A stretch of 64,000 nt of DNA from Patescibacteria group bacterium. GTDB lineage: Bacteria; Patescibacteriota; Microgenomatia; 0-14-0-10-38-17. Below are positions 48,044 to 59,111 of the stretch, in pieces. The stretch's first letter is position 1; every line of letters begins with the position of its first letter. Position numbers and translations under genes: made by a program. The stretch covers positions 207,437 to 271,436 of the forward strand of contig JBMNNJ010000001.1 of assembly GCA_050953885.1 (NCBI GenBank), in the 5' to 3' direction. The notes under the pieces were generated by a model, which made no database searches, had not been told where the DNA came from, and saw nothing but the letters and a program-made list of their open reading frames with translations.

Positions 48044-49318
48044 ATGAAAAGAAAACTTTCCCAAACCGTCTTTGGCAGCAGCAGTTTTTTAAAGCTCTGG
48101 GGGGTGCAAATTTCCTCGGTTGTCAGCGCCAATATCCTTCTTTTCTCCTCCATTAACTTTATTTTTAGCCACACCCAATCAACTATCGCCGTCGGCCTTT
48201 TAACCTTCTTTTATTATCTTCCCACCGTTATCTTAGGTTTTTTCAGCGGCGCGGTGGTAGATCGTTTCCCTAAAAATAAAATTTTAGTTATTTCCAGTCT
48301 TGCTCAAGCCCTTTTTGTCTGGCTTTTTTTAGGAATAAAAACACGTCCTTTTCTTATTTACCCCCTTGTTTTCCTTTATTCTTCTTTTGATGAATTTATC
48401 AATCCCACCATCGGCACCCTTTTGCCGGAAACGGTTAAAAAAGAACATCTGGGTGAAGCCAACAGCGTTTGGCTTTTTTCCTCGCAGGGAGCGGTAATTT
48501 TAGGGTCAATCGGCGCCGGTTTGTTTTTAAAAATTCTCCCCAGCCTTTACGCAATTTATCCTCTTATTAGCCTTGTCCTTTTTACGGGAGTAATTTTTTC
48601 TCTCCTGCTTTTTAAATCTTCCCCAAAGCTGGCAACCGTAAAAAGGCAAAACCGCCAACCGGTAGACTTTGAAGAATTTCTTCAAGAGGTTAAAGACGGC
48701 TATCACTTTGTTCGCCAAGAAAAAGCCATTCTTTTCCCCCTCCTTCTTATCGCCCTAACCCAAATGGTCACCGGCAGTGGCGTTATCGCCCTTCCCGCTA
48801 TCGCTCAAGCGCTTAAAATTCAGTTTGCTGACGCTTCCTTTTATTTAATTACCCCCGCTCTTTTGGGGGCAATTAGCGGTAGTTTCCTGGTAAGCAAAGT
48901 CATTCGGGAGAAAACAATCAGGAAAAAAACCCTTATTATTAAAAGTCTTATTTCCTGCGGATTAATTATTCTTCTAGTAAGTTTGGCGGCGATTTTCTTA
49001 CCTCGGCCAATTTTCGCCGCTTCTCCTCTTCTTTTCTTGGGCGGCTTTGCCTTCGTTTTCCTTCTTGTCCCCGCCCAAACTTTAATTCAGGAAAATTCCC
49101 CCCTAAATCTTCGCGGCCGGGTTTACGGCGCTCTTTCGGTACTGGTGACCATTGCTGCCGCCATTCCCGTCCTTTTAACGACCATTTTTGTCGAATTTTT
49201 GGGCGCAAAAACTTTTTTGGCTCTTGCCGGGGCGGCCATTTTAATGGCAGGCCTTTACCTCCAAAAACACCAGCAAGCAATTTTTGCCCAATTTAAAAAC
49301 AATGGAAAGAAAAAATAA
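48044..49318 (+). CDS. MFS transporter
   Basis: About 12 TM helices, GAVVDR motif A, Q-----LRGRV. Confidence 0.9.
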   Translation: MKRKLSQTVFGSSSFLKLWGVQISSVVSANILLFSSINFIFSHTQSTIAVGLLTFFYYLPTVILGFFSGAVVDRFPKNKILVISSLAQALFVWLFLGIKTRPFLIYPLVFLYSSFDEFINPTIGTLLPETVKKEHLGEANSVWLFSSQGAVILGSIGAGLFLKILPSLYAIYPLISLVLFTGVIFSLLLFKSSPKLATVKRQNRQPVDFEEFLQEVKDGYHFVRQEKAILFPLLLIALTQMVTGSGVIALPAIAQALKIQFADASFYLITPALLGAISGSFLVSKVIREKTIRKKTLIIKSLISCGLIILLVSLAAIFLPRPIFAASPLLFLGGFAFVFLLVPAQTLIQENSPLNLRGRVYGALSVLVTIAAAIPVLLTTIFVEFLGAKTFLALAGAAILMAGLYLQKHQQAIFAQFKNNGKKK

Positions 49319-50639
49319 TTTCTCACCCGTAATCGGCTTGGAAATCCATTTGGAGCTGACCACGGCCAGCAAGATGTTTTGCCCCTGCCCGGCCGATCAT
49401 TTTGGCAAAGAGCCTAACACTCAAACCTGCCCGGTTTGTCTTGGCCTGCCCGGCGCCTTGCCCGTACCCAACAAAGAAGCGATTCGTCGCACCCTGCTTT
49501 TGGCCCTTGCCTTAAATTGCCAAATTAATACCCATACTTGGTTTGACCGCAAAAATTACTTTTACCCTGACCTGCCTAAAGGCTATCAGATTAGCCAATT
49601 TTTCAAGCCCTTAGGGATAAACGGTCAATTAGCCCTTTCCTCGGGAAAGAAAATTAACATCCGCGAAATCCATTTGGAAGAAGACACCGCCAAATCTCTC
49701 CATCGCGACGGCCACACCCTGCTTGACTTTAATAAATCGGGGGTTCCTTTAGTGGAAATTGTCAGCGAGCCGGATTTGGCCTCGGCCGAAGAGGCAGTTG
49801 ATTACGCCAAAACTCTCCATACTCTGATAAGAAAAATTAAAATCAGTCCGGCCGATATGGAAAAAGGGCAGTTAAGGCTGGAAGCTAATATTTCCTTAAA
49901 AAAAGATCCTCAAGACCCCTTGCCAAATTATAAAGTAGAGGTGAAAAACATCAACTCTTTTAAGTTTTTGAAAGACGCCATTACCTACGAAATTAAGCGG
50001 CAAAAAGAACTTCTTGAAAACAACAAGAAAATTATTCAGGAAACCCGGGGTTATGACGCCAAAAACAAGAAAACTTTTTCCCAACGGACTAAAGAAGAAG
50101 CTTATGAATACCGTTATTTCCCCGAACCGGACATTCCCCCATTAAATCTTGAAGAGGTTTTTGACTTTGACAAGCTTAAGGAAGAAATTCCCGAACTGCC
50201 CGAGCAAACAATAAGGCGGTTGGAGACCGATTATCAATTAGCCGCTGCCGACGCGCAAATTTTCTCAAAAAGCAAAAAGGCTCTTGATTATTTTGAAAAA
50301 GCGGTGAAATTTGGCCAAAAGGAAAATATCGGTCCCCAAGAAATCGCCAACACCATCATTAATAAGCGCCTCCCTTGGGAAAAGCTTTCTCCCCAAGAGC
50401 TAATTTTAAAAATTAAAAGCCAAAAAGAGCAGGAGTTGGTGGGGGGAGGGGAATTGGCAAGCATCATTAACCAAGTGCTTGCCAAAAATCCCCAGGCGGT
50501 GGCCGATTTTAAAAAAGGAAAGGAAAACGCTCTCGGCTTTTTAATCGGCCAGGTGCAAAAAGAAACTAAGGGAAAGGCCGATGTCCGCCAGGCGCAAGAG
50601 ATGCTAAGACGCGAATTAACACGAATGAGAAGCGAATAG
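49302..50639 (+). CDS. gatB: Asp/Glu-tRNA amidotransferase subunit B
   Basis: IGLEIH, CPVCLGLPGALP, RKNYFYPDLPKGYQISQ, EVKNINS, YRYFPEPD. Confidence 0.96.
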   Translation: MERKNNFSPVIGLEIHLELTTASKMFCPCPADHFGKEPNTQTCPVCLGLPGALPVPNKEAIRRTLLLALALNCQINTHTWFDRKNYFYPDLPKGYQISQFFKPLGINGQLALSSGKKINIREIHLEEDTAKSLHRDGHTLLDFNKSGVPLVEIVSEPDLASAEEAVDYAKTLHTLIRKIKISPADMEKGQLRLEANISLKKDPQDPLPNYKVEVKNINSFKFLKDAITYEIKRQKELLENNKKIIQETRGYDAKNKKTFSQRTKEEAYEYRYFPEPDIPPLNLEEVFDFDKLKEEIPELPEQTIRRLETDYQLAAADAQIFSKSKKALDYFEKAVKFGQKENIGPQEIANTIINKRLPWEKLSPQELILKIKSQKEQELVGGGELASIINQVLAKNPQAVADFKKGKENALGFLIGQVQKETKGKADVRQAQEMLRRELTRMRSE

Positions 50640-51225
50640 ACGCGAATGAGCGAATAACTGGCGCAAAAATAATTCAAAAGGCAAAAGTCAAAATTCAAAA
50701 TTGCAAGTCAAAAGTTAAAAGTTTTTTGCTCTACTTTTGAACTTTAACTTGTACTTTTGACTTTTGAATTTTGACTTTTAACTTTTAGTTATTCGATTCT
50801 CTCCGCTACGCTGGCAGACAGAATCATATTTTTCCCGGGGTTTGAAGCTAATCAACTCCGGGGGTTAAATAGCTTCAAACCTTGGGATTTTTGAATTTAA
50901 TTCAGGAATGACGGTTGCGATTAGCGTCATTCTGAACTTGATTCAGAATCGTTATTGTTATTAATGTCTAAAGACACAGATCCTGACTTTCGTCAGGATG
51001 ACGGACGGGGCGGTTACAGGTTCTGACTTTCGTCAGGTGACGGCCACGATCAGCGTCATTCTGAACTTGATTCAGAATCGTTATTGTTATTAATGTCAGA
51101 AAACGCAGATCCTGACTTTCGTCAGGATGACAGTTACGGAACTACAGGAATAATCCTGTCCGCCAGTTGGCGGATGGCGTTTTTTATTACGCATTGCCCA
51201 TTACCCATTACAAGTTACGCCTTAT
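50609..51225. repeat. Composite block (C arm, inverted B pair, F, full-length boundary site, A array, F)
   Basis: Contains TCCCGGGGTTTGAAGCTAATCAAC-TCCGGGG-GTTAAATAGCTTCAAACCTTGGGA at 50833-50887. Confidence 0.9.
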
Positions 51226-51267
51226 TCCCCCAACACCAGAAGATAATGCTATACTAAGAAAGAGGGT

Positions 51268-54200
51268 ATGTCTTCGCCGAAAAACAACACACCAGAATTC
51301 GTCCATCTTCATGTCCACAGCGAGTATTCCCTGCTTGACGGTTTGTCAAAAATTGAAAAATTAGTCGGTAAAACCAAAGAGCTGGGGATGAACGCCGTTG
51401 CCTTAACCGACCACGGCGTCATGTATGGGGCGATTAAATTTTATAACGCCTGCCGTCAGGCGGGAATTAAGCCGATTATCGGGTGCGAAATGTATCTTAC
51501 CCCCAAATCGCGTTTTGAAAAAAGCGGCGGCGCGCAGGAAGGAAAAGAGCTTTACCATCTCTTGGTTTTGGCCAAAAATTACGAGGGTTACCAAAACCTA
51601 ATGCAACTGGTAACTCGGGCGCATTTGGAGGGGTTTTATTATAAACCCCGCCTTGACTGGGAGCTTTTGGAAAAATATCACCAAGGCCTGGTGGTCACCA
51701 CCGCTTGCCTACAGGGAATTCTTCCTTCTCTTTTATTGGGAAACCGCGAAGAAGAAGCGCGGGCAGCGGCCCAAAAATTATGGGAAATTTTTGGCGACGA
51801 TTTTTATTTGGAGCTTCAAGATCATCCTAAAATTACCGACCAGAAAAAAGCCAACCGGCTTTTAGTCAAGCTCTCCCGCGAAATTGGCCTGCCGCTTTTG
51901 GCCACCAACGACAGCCATTATCTTAATCCCGAAGACGCCCAAGCCCAAGACGCTCTTTTGGCCATCGGCACCCAAAAAAAAATTAACGACCCCAAGAGGC
52001 TTTCCATGCTTGACTCCCCCGATTTTTATCTTAAGTCCCCGCAGGAAATGGCGACGGCTTTTGCGGATTACCCCGAGGCGATTACCAACACCGTTGCCGT
52101 GGCCCAAAAATGCCAGCTGGAAATTCCCTTGGGTCAAAAAATTTATCCCTCTTTCCCTTTGCCGGCAGGGAAAACTGCCCCCCAATATCTTAAAGATTTG
52201 GTTTGGGAACGAGCGCCCAGGCGTTACCCGAAAATTACCTCCGAAATTAAAGAAAGAATTAATTATGAACTGGAAATTATTATTAAAATGGGTTATGCCG
52301 AATATTTTTTAATTGTTCAGGATTATGTTAACTGGGCCAAAGCACAGGGAATAAGAGTCGGCCCGGGGCGGGGCAGCGGCGCCGGTTCCATCGTTGCTTT
52401 TATTTTAAGAATTACCTCCATTGACCCTCTCGAACACCATCTTCCTTTCGAGCGCTTTTTAAACCCCGAACGCCAATCAACTCCCGATTTTGATATCGAC
52501 TTTTCCGACGACCGCCGCGACGAGGTGATTGAGTATGTTCGCCAAAAGTATGGCGAGGACCGCGTGGCCAACATTATCACCTTTGGCACTATTGAGGCCC
52601 GCATGGCGGTGCGCGACATTGCCCGGGTGCTTGATTATCCTTATGCCACCGGCGATCGCCTGGCCAAAATGATCCCCGCCGAAGCAGGCAGAAAAACAAG
52701 TTTGGATGAAGCCCTCAAGCTTAACCCCGAACTGGCCCTGGCTTATAAAACCGAAAAAGAAACTCGGCAGATTATTGATTTGGCCAAGGGGATCACCGGT
52801 GTGGCTCGCCACGCTTCCACCCATGCCGCCGGGGTGGTTATCGGCGATAAACCTTTAGTCTGCTATACCCCTTTGCAAAAAGAAAGCCGAGGAGAGCGGA
52901 TTACCACCCAATACGACATGTATTCTTTAGATTTAAATGTGGCCGACGATGCCATTGGTCTTTTAAAAATGGACTTCTTGGGATTGCGCAATTTAACCAT
53001 TCTGGAAAAGGCGATTGATTTTGTTGAAAAAACAGAAGGGGAAAAAGTTGATATTTCCGAAATTCCTTTAGATGATAAAAAAGTTTACGAGATGATTTCG
53101 CGGGGCGAAACTACCGGTGTTTTCCAGCTTGAAAGCGAGGGAATGCGACGTTTGGCCCGCAATCTTCAGCCTTCGCGTTTTTCCGACCTTTCCGCCATGG
53201 TCGCTCTTTTCCGCCCGGGGCCAATGCAGTTTATCGACGATTTTGTTAACCGCAAGAAAAACCCCCGCCTGATTGACTACCCTCATCCCGACCTGCGACC
53301 AATTTTGGAGGAAACTTACGGCATTATCGTTTATCAAGAACAGGTGTTGCAAATTGCTCACGAGATGGCCGGTTTTTCCCTGGGCCGGGCGGATATTTTG
53401 CGCCGGGCAATGGGCAAGAAAAAAGCCTCGCTCATGGCTAAAGAAAAAGAGGATTTTATTAAGGGTTGCGTGGCCAAGGGGTATCCCAAAAAAACGGCCG
53501 AGCAGGTTTATTCTTTTATCGAAAAATTCGCCCAGTACGGCTTTAATAAAGCCCATTCCGCTTCTTACGCGATGATTGCCTACCAAACCGCGTGGATGAA
53601 AACCCACTATCCGGTAGAATTCACCGCCGCCCTTCTTTCCACTGAAAGCGACAAATCGGAAAAGAGGCTGGTCTTGGCCATTGATGAATGCCGGCGGATG
53701 GGCATTAAAATTCTTCCTCCCGATATTAACATCTCCCAGGCCGCCTTTACAATCGAAAAAAGCCCCGACTCACTTGAGGGAAAAACGATCCGCTTTGGCC
53801 TTTCGGCGATTAAAAACGTCGGCGAGGCGGCGATTGAGGCGATTTTGAAAGAACGAGAAAAAGGAGAATTTAGTTCGCTAACCGATTTTTGCCTGCGCGT
53901 TGATACCCAAAAAGTTAATAAAAAAGTTTTGGAAAGTTTAATTAAAGCCGGCGCCATGGATCGCTTCGGCAAAAGAGCCGCCCTTTTAACGGCGCTGGAA
54001 GAGATTAGAAAACGGGGTGAGCAAGAGCAAAAAAACCGCCTTAATCATCAGGCCAGTCTTTTTGGTCAGGAAGAAGCGGTAAAAATTACCCGCGACAAAT
54101 TGCCGCCGGTGGCCGAATTTTCCCCGCAGGAGATTAAAAAATTTGAAGAAGAACTTTTGGGATTTTCCCTAAATGGCGGCCCTCTTTGGGATAAAAATTT

Positions 54201-54768
54201 AGCCCAAAAATTTGACCAGAAAATTGCCGATGTTTTAGGGCTGCCGGCGGGAAGCCGGGCCAAAATTTTAGGGGTTATTGATCAGGCAAGAACGGTTTTT
54301 ACCCGCAACGGCAATCACGAAATGGCTTTTTTAAAAATTGTTGATGAAACCGGCCAAATTGAGGCGGTGGTTTTCCCCAAAATTTTTGCCGAAACGCGCG
54401 AAAAACTGGTTGCCGGTCAGGCGGTGGCTTTGGTCGGAAAGCTGGATGAACGCGAGGAAGAAAAGTCCTTTCTGGTTGATAAAGTCTACTCTCTTGATGA
54501 GGCAAAGAAAAATTTTCTCAACGGCGAGGAAGACTATGATTTTACCATTATTATCCCCGAGAAAACCCGCCCTCAAGAACTGATGTCCTTAAACAAACTT
54601 CTTAAAACTCATCCGGGAGAAAAAAAGGGGCTTTTAATTTTTCAACAAAAAAATGGGGAAAAGTCTTTAGCCCTTAACTTTGGGGTTGACTTCACTTCCA
54701 CTTTAGAGGGAAAAATTCAAGAATTGTTAAATACCAATTCCTCTGCTATAATAAACGCCAATGACTAA
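51268..54768 (+). CDS. dnaE: DNA polymerase III alpha subunit
   Basis: [48 protein letters not shown]. Confidence 0.98.
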   Translation: MSSPKNNTPEFVHLHVHSEYSLLDGLSKIEKLVGKTKELGMNAVALTDHGVMYGAIKFYNACRQAGIKPIIGCEMYLTPKSRFEKSGGAQEGKELYHLLVLAKNYEGYQNLMQLVTRAHLEGFYYKPRLDWELLEKYHQGLVVTTACLQGILPSLLLGNREEEARAAAQKLWEIFGDDFYLELQDHPKITDQKKANRLLVKLSREIGLPLLATNDSHYLNPEDAQAQDALLAIGTQKKINDPKRLSMLDSPDFYLKSPQEMATAFADYPEAITNTVAVAQKCQLEIPLGQKIYPSFPLPAGKTAPQYLKDLVWERAPRRYPKITSEIKERINYELEIIIKMGYAEYFLIVQDYVNWAKAQGIRVGPGRGSGAGSIVAFILRITSIDPLEHHLPFERFLNPERQSTPDFDIDFSDDRRDEVIEYVRQKYGEDRVANIITFGTIEARMAVRDIARVLDYPYATGDRLAKMIPAEAGRKTSLDEALKLNPELALAYKTEKETRQIIDLAKGITGVARHASTHAAGVVIGDKPLVCYTPLQKESRGERITTQYDMYSLDLNVADDAIGLLKMDFLGLRNLTILEKAIDFVEKTEGEKVDISEIPLDDKKVYEMISRGETTGVFQLESEGMRRLARNLQPSRFSDLSAMVALFRPGPMQFIDDFVNRKKNPRLIDYPHPDLRPILEETYGIIVYQEQVLQIAHEMAGFSLGRADILRRAMGKKKASLMAKEKEDFIKGCVAKGYPKKTAEQVYSFIEKFAQYGFNKAHSASYAMIAYQTAWMKTHYPVEFTAALLSTESDKSEKRLVLAIDECRRMGIKILPPDINISQAAFTIEKSPDSLEGKTIRFGLSAIKNVGEAAIEAILKEREKGEFSSLTDFCLRVDTQKVNKKVLESLIKAGAMDRFGKRAALLTALEEIRKRGEQEQKNRLNHQASLFGQEEAVKITRDKLPPVAEFSPQEIKKFEEELLGFSLNGGPLWDKNLAQKFDQKIADVLGLPAGSRAKILGVIDQARTVFTRNGNHEMAFLKIVDETGQIEAVVFPKIFAETREKLVAGQAVALVGKLDEREEEKSFLVDKVYSLDEAKKNFLNGEEDYDFTIIIPEKTRPQELMSLNKLLKTHPGEKKGLLIFQQKNGEKSLALNFGVDFTSTLEGKIQELLNTNSSAIINAND
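54744..54752 (+). promoter_or_regulatory. Extended -10 promoter, probable near-leaderless rplS transcript
   Basis: TGCTATAAT 8 nt before ATG 54761; similar TGCTATACT at 51247 before dnaE. Confidence 0.5.
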
Positions 54769-55099
54769 AACCAAAAAAGTGGAAATTCCAGAAAAAAGCG
54801 AAGAAAAAGTAGAAAGGGAAGAACCAAGGGTAGGGGAGACAGTTCGAGTTTACTTTAAGATACGGGAAAAGGGCGATAAAACGCGGGAAACCTTCTTTGA
54901 AGGCGATTTAATCGCCAAAAAGGGGCAGGGGAATGGGAAAACAATCACGGTGCGGCGCATCGGTAGCAACAAAATTGCCATCGAAAGAATTTTTCCTCTT
55001 TACTCGCCTTTAATCACTAAAATCGAAACAAAAAGCAAGCCTAAAAAAAGGACACGACGGGCCAAGCTTTACTACCAACGCCAAGCTTATAATAAATAA
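54761..55099 (+). CDS. rplS: 50S ribosomal protein L19
   Basis: GETVRV--KI-E, FEG, TVRRI, ERIFP--SP, RRAKLYY. Confidence 0.93.
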   Translation: MTKTKKVEIPEKSEEKVEREEPRVGETVRVYFKIREKGDKTRETFFEGDLIAKKGQGNGKTITVRRIGSNKIAIERIFPLYSPLITKIETKSKPKKRTRRAKLYYQRQAYNK

Positions 55100-55120
55100 G
55101 CAGCAAAGGACATACTTAAT

Positions 55121-55176
55121 GCCATCCTGGACTTGATTCAGGATCTTAAAAGATGCTGAATTAAATTCAGCATGAC
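55121..55176. repeat. Family A variant doublet
   Basis: gccatcctggacttgattcaggatc-ttaaaa-gatgctgaattaaattcagcatgac. Confidence 0.75.
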
Positions 55177-55552
55177 AAATAGAGTCTTGCCCCCAGATCG
55201 ACATCGGATAGGCCAGAGAGGAGAAACCTTGGCCGCTGGCTTTCTTCAAAAACAAGGTTACCGGATTTTGGAAAGAAACTTTCGCGTCAAAGGGGGAGAA
55301 ATTGACATTATTGCCCAAGAAAAAAATAGCCTGGTTTTTGTGGAAGTTAAGGCGCGGCAAGATGATTCTTTTGGCCGGCCGGAGGAGGCCATTAACCCCC
55401 AAAAAATCGCCACCATTATGAGGGTGGGCGAATATTATGCTTCCTGCCATCCCGAACTGCCCCAAGAATTACGAGTGGATGTTTTGGCCATTAACAAGGA
55501 AAACGGCCAAATTTCTTTTCGCTTATATCGCGATATTCACAAGGACTTGTAA
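55172..55552 (+). CDS. yraN: YraN family (UPF0102) nuclease-like protein
   Basis: G--GE--A--FL---GY-ILERN, GEIDII, LVFVEVK, R-DV. Confidence 0.9.
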   Translation: MTNRVLPPDRHRIGQRGETLAAGFLQKQGYRILERNFRVKGGEIDIIAQEKNSLVFVEVKARQDDSFGRPEEAINPQKIATIMRVGEYYASCHPELPQELRVDVLAINKENGQISFRLYRDIHKDL

Positions 55553-55554
55553 GC

Positions 55555-55668
55555 TAAATCTCAAAACGCAAATGGCAAAACTACATGGTAAATCTAAAAA
55601 CTTTTTTAAAATTTGTTTTTCAGATTTGAGTTTTAAGTTGTAGATTTGAGATTTGAGTTTTGAGATTT
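55555..55668. repeat. Inverted pair of family B heptamer arms
   Basis: ctaaatctcaaaacgcaaatggcaaaac ... gatttgagttttaagttgtagatttgagatttgagttttgag. Confidence 0.8.
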
Positions 55669-55686
55669 AAATTTTTTTTATTTTTT

Positions 55687-56892
55687 ATGCCCTATCGTCC
55701 TCCCGAGAAAATTTTAGAAAAATACGCCCAGGTTTTGGTTAACTTTGCCCTAAATAATGGTCAAGGGATAAAAAAGGGGGAGGTGGTTTTTCTCCAAGTT
55801 TCCGAAGCGGCTAAACCACTGCTTATTCATTTAAGACGCCAAGCGCTTTTGGCCGGCGCTTACCCGATTATTCAATATTTGCCCGAAGGGCTGGAGCGTG
55901 AATTTTACGAATTGGCTAAAAAAGACCAGCTTATTTTTTTCCCCAAAAAATATCTTAAGGGGATAGTGGAACAAGCCGACCATTTCATCAGCGTTTTATC
56001 GGAAACCAATAAATACGAGCTTGAAGGAATTGCGCCCCAAAAAATTCTCCAGCGAAGCCGGGCTTTTGCTCCCTATAAACGCTGGCGGGAGGAAAAAGAA
56101 GGCCGGGGAAAACTCTCCTGGACGCTCGCTCTTTACGCCACGCCGGCAGAAGCCAAGGAAGCCGGCCTTACCTTAAAAGAATATTGGCAGCAAATTATCC
56201 GCGCTTGTTTCCTAGACTTTCCCGACCCGGTCAAAAAGTGGCGGGAAGTTTTTGCCCAAATTGAGCAAACCAAAAATCGCCTTAACCAACTGGCAATTGA
56301 AGAAATTGAAGTTAAGGCCAAAGATACTAATTTGACCATCGGTATTGGCGCCAATCGCCAATGGAGAGGCGGCTCGGGCACCAATATCCCCAGCTTTGAA
56401 ATTTTCACCGCCCCCAACTGTCGGCTGATTAACGGTAAGGTTTATTTTAACCAGCCGCTTTATGTTTTTGGCCAGCTTATTAAAGACATTTATTTGGAAT
56501 TTAAAAACGGCCGGGTGGTTTTGGCCCAAGCCCAAAGAGGCCAAAAGGCGCTTGAAGAAATTATTAAAACCCCGGGCGCCAATAGAGTAGGGGAGTTTTC
56601 CTTAACCGACGGCCGCCTTTCGCGCATTACCCATTTCATGGCGGAAACACTTTATGATGAGAATCGGGGCGGCCGAAACGGTAATTTTCATCTTGCTCTG
56701 GGCTCGGCTTATCAGGAATGCTATCAGGGGAGCAACAAGGAAAAATTAAAAGCAAAAGATTGGCAAAAGTTAGGCTTTAACCGCTCGCCTTTACATCTTG
56801 ATTTTGTTTCCACCCAAAACCGCGTCGTTACCGCCTGCCTTAAAAACGGCCGGAAGAAAATTATTTACCAAAACGGCCAGTTTAAAAAATGA
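55687..56892 (+). CDS. Aminopeptidase, M29 (AmpS/AmpT) family
   Basis: LEKYA-VLV, NIPS-EIFT-P, GEF, LYDEN, HLALG-AY, H-D. Confidence 0.9.
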   Translation: MPYRPPEKILEKYAQVLVNFALNNGQGIKKGEVVFLQVSEAAKPLLIHLRRQALLAGAYPIIQYLPEGLEREFYELAKKDQLIFFPKKYLKGIVEQADHFISVLSETNKYELEGIAPQKILQRSRAFAPYKRWREEKEGRGKLSWTLALYATPAEAKEAGLTLKEYWQQIIRACFLDFPDPVKKWREVFAQIEQTKNRLNQLAIEEIEVKAKDTNLTIGIGANRQWRGGSGTNIPSFEIFTAPNCRLINGKVYFNQPLYVFGQLIKDIYLEFKNGRVVLAQAQRGQKALEEIIKTPGANRVGEFSLTDGRLSRITHFMAETLYDENRGGRNGNFHLALGSAYQECYQGSNKEKLKAKDWQKLGFNRSPLHLDFVSTQNRVVTACLKNGRKKIIYQNGQFKK

Positions 56893-58190
56893 ACACCAAG
56901 CAAACCTTAGTTATTTTTGGTGCTAGCGGCGCCCTATCTCGGGAAAAGCTTTTTCCGGCTCTTTTAAGGTTGAACCAAGAAGGGGAAAGTTTCTCCCAAA
57001 TCATTGGTTTTGCCCGCACCCCCCTAACCACCAGAACTTTTATTAAAAGTCTAAAAAGCGCTTATTGTGGCAGGGAAGAAAAAAATCAGTTTTGGCAAAA
57101 AGTCTCTTATTTAAGCGGTTCGTACTCGCCCGAGGGAATTTCAAAACTTAAACCTTTTCTTGCCAAAAAGCCTGTTCTTTATTATTTTGCCCTGCCTGTT
57201 TCCCCCGATTTTATCATTCCCCTTATCAGCGGCTTAAAAAAAGAGGGTTTGCTTAAAGATAAGGACAAATTAATTTTAGAAAAACCGGTGGGCAAGAATC
57301 TTAAAGAGGCGCAGGAAATTATTAAATTCTTAAAAGCAACTGTTTGCTTAAAAAATGTTTACTTTATTGATCATTATCTTGGCAAAACCATGGTTCGCAA
57401 TATTATCGCTCTCCGTTTTGCCAACCCTATTTTTAAAAGTCTTTGGAACAACCAATTTTTGGAAAAAATTAACATTGATATTTTGGAAAAAGAAGGCATT
57501 GGCCGGCGGGGGCAATATTATGACCAAAGCGGCGCCATTCGCGATATTGTCCAAAACCACGGCCTGCAGCTTTTAAGCCTCATTGGTATGGACGAGCCCA
57601 GAAGCCTTGAGGAGCAGGAATTTTTTAAAAAACGCCGGGAGGTTTTACAAAAAGTTCGCCTCTTTGGGGGGAAATTTGCCGGCAATGTTAAAATTGGCCA
57701 ATACCAAGGTTATCAGAAAGAACCATATGTTGCCCCAAATTCTCTTACCGAAACCTACGCTTGCCTAAATTTGGAAATTAATTCCCCCAAAATGGCTGGC
57801 ATTCCCATCAAAATTACCACCGGAAAAAAATTGGCCCGAAAAAAAACGGTGATAGAAATTTATTTTAAAAAAGATTTTACCTGTTCTTGGCAAGGACAAT
57901 GCAATCGTCTTCTTTCCAATCGCCTGACGATTGATATTGCCTCACCGGCGATTTCCCTACAGCTTAACACCCGCTTTAAAAACAACCAGGCAATTCCCTC
58001 TCCAGAGGAGTTAAAAATAAAAATCGGTAATGATCAAGAAGATCCCTATCAGCAGGTTTTAAGCGATATTTTGGCAAACAGCCAATTTTCCTTTCCCCAA
58101 GCGGAGGATATTCTTTCCTCATGGCGTTTTATTGACCCTCTTCTTGCCAAAATCAATTCCCAAAGAAAGAGGATTTTAAAAATTTACTAA
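56889..58190 (+). CDS. zwf: Glucose-6-phosphate dehydrogenase
   Basis: IFGASG-L, EKP-G, IDHYLGK, RFAN, RDIVQNH, TETY. Confidence 0.92.
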   Translation: MNTKQTLVIFGASGALSREKLFPALLRLNQEGESFSQIIGFARTPLTTRTFIKSLKSAYCGREEKNQFWQKVSYLSGSYSPEGISKLKPFLAKKPVLYYFALPVSPDFIIPLISGLKKEGLLKDKDKLILEKPVGKNLKEAQEIIKFLKATVCLKNVYFIDHYLGKTMVRNIIALRFANPIFKSLWNNQFLEKINIDILEKEGIGRRGQYYDQSGAIRDIVQNHGLQLLSLIGMDEPRSLEEQEFFKKRREVLQKVRLFGGKFAGNVKIGQYQGYQKEPYVAPNSLTETYACLNLEINSPKMAGIPIKITTGKKLARKKTVIEIYFKKDFTCSWQGQCNRLLSNRLTIDIASPAISLQLNTRFKNNQAIPSPEELKIKIGNDQEDPYQQVLSDILANSQFSFPQAEDILSSWRFIDPLLAKINSQRKRILKIY

Positions 58191-58218
58191 ACCAAATCGG
58201 CCCTTTTCCCGAGATTAT

Positions 58219-58246
58219 AAGCTAATTAACCCCCAAGTTGATTAGC
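58219..58246. repeat. Degenerate cassette-boundary site
   Basis: aagctaattaacccccaagttgattagc. Confidence 0.65.
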
Positions 58247-58298
58247 ATATTTTGGCTTCCTCGTAGTTTTTCTAAGTGATTGCGAAAAATAAATGCGG

Positions 58299-58382
58299 CT
58301 TACTGCTCGTAGTTCTTCGAAGCGTTAGCGAAGAAGAACGGAGTGTGGTTTACTGCTCGTAGTTCTTCGAAGAACGGAGTGC
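58299..58382 (+). repeat. Short direct repeat x2
   Basis: ttactgctcgtagttcttcgaag...aacggagtg twice. Confidence 0.7.
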
Positions 58383-58682
58383 AGTAGCTCCAATGGGAAT
58401 CGAAGACGCGCCGATTATCATCATTTAGCCCGAAAATTCCCATCTCAGAATCACGATTCACCGGCGGAAGCCCTATTATTAGAGGTATTTGATGGGTTCG
58501 ATAAACCCATTGTCGCTACTTAGTAGCTCCAATGGGAATCGAAGACGCGCCGATTATCATCATTTAGCCCGAAAATTCCCATCTCAGAATCACGATTCAC
58601 CGGCGGAAGCCCTATTATTAGAGGTATTTGATGGGTTCGATAAACCCATTGTCGCTACTTAGTAGCTCCAATGGGAATCGAA
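58383..58682. repeat. 139-bp tandem repeat x2 sharing the 22-bp tRNA-Glu 3' end
   Basis: agtagctccaatgggaatcgaa at 58383, 58522 and 58661; intervening units identical. Confidence 0.93.
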
Positions 58683-58734
58683 CCCATGTTACCACCTTGA
58701 AAGGGTGGTGTCCTAACCGTTAGACGATGGAGCC
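58663..58734 (-). tRNA. tRNA-Glu(TTC)
   Basis: GGCTCCA acceptor, GTCTAACGGTTAGGAC, CCACC-CTTTCAA-GGTGG, GGTTCGA. Confidence 0.95.
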
Positions 58735-58813
58735 AAGATAAAATGATTTTACCAAAAAAGAGAAAGAAATGCCAACTTTACTATTAATAAAACCTATGGT
58801 ATTATTCATCTTT

Positions 58814-59008
58814 ATGAATAAAGAAAAAAACCCACCAGAAGAAGGGCCTTTTTTTGGCACCACCGGCCCTTTTGGGACGGGTAAAAAATTTATGCTGGGA
58901 CTAACACCAGAAGATTTGGAAAGATTAATAGAAACTTACGGGAAAGGCGCTAAAGTGGCGGATGTCATTACCAGCGAAATTCTCAAAAAAGGTAACCGCC
59001 AAAACTAA
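58814..59008 (+). CDS. Small hypothetical protein
   Basis: ATG 58814 within tracked ORF 58769-59008; no recognisable motif. Confidence 0.5.
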   Translation: MNKEKNPPEEGPFFGTTGPFGTGKKFMLGLTPEDLERLIETYGKGAKVADVITSEILKKGNRQN

Positions 59009-59054
59009 ACCCTCTCGCCGCTTACCCCATTTCTCTTAAGCGCTCTAAAGAAAA

Positions 59055-59096
59055 TCCCGAGGTTTGAAGCTATTTAACTCCGGGGGTTTGAAGCTA
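59055..59096. repeat. Cassette-boundary site
   Basis: tcccgaggtttgaagctatttaactccgggggtttgaagcta. Confidence 0.9.
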
Positions 59097-59111
59097 AAAA
59101 ATATTTCCTCC

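Noticed and set aside
51268-54768. Intein or intron in dnaE
   Set aside because: Normal length and continuous motifs.
58383-58682. Prophage or island att pair
   Set aside because: Only 139 bp between tRNA-end copies and no integrase; reported as a mini-unit instead.
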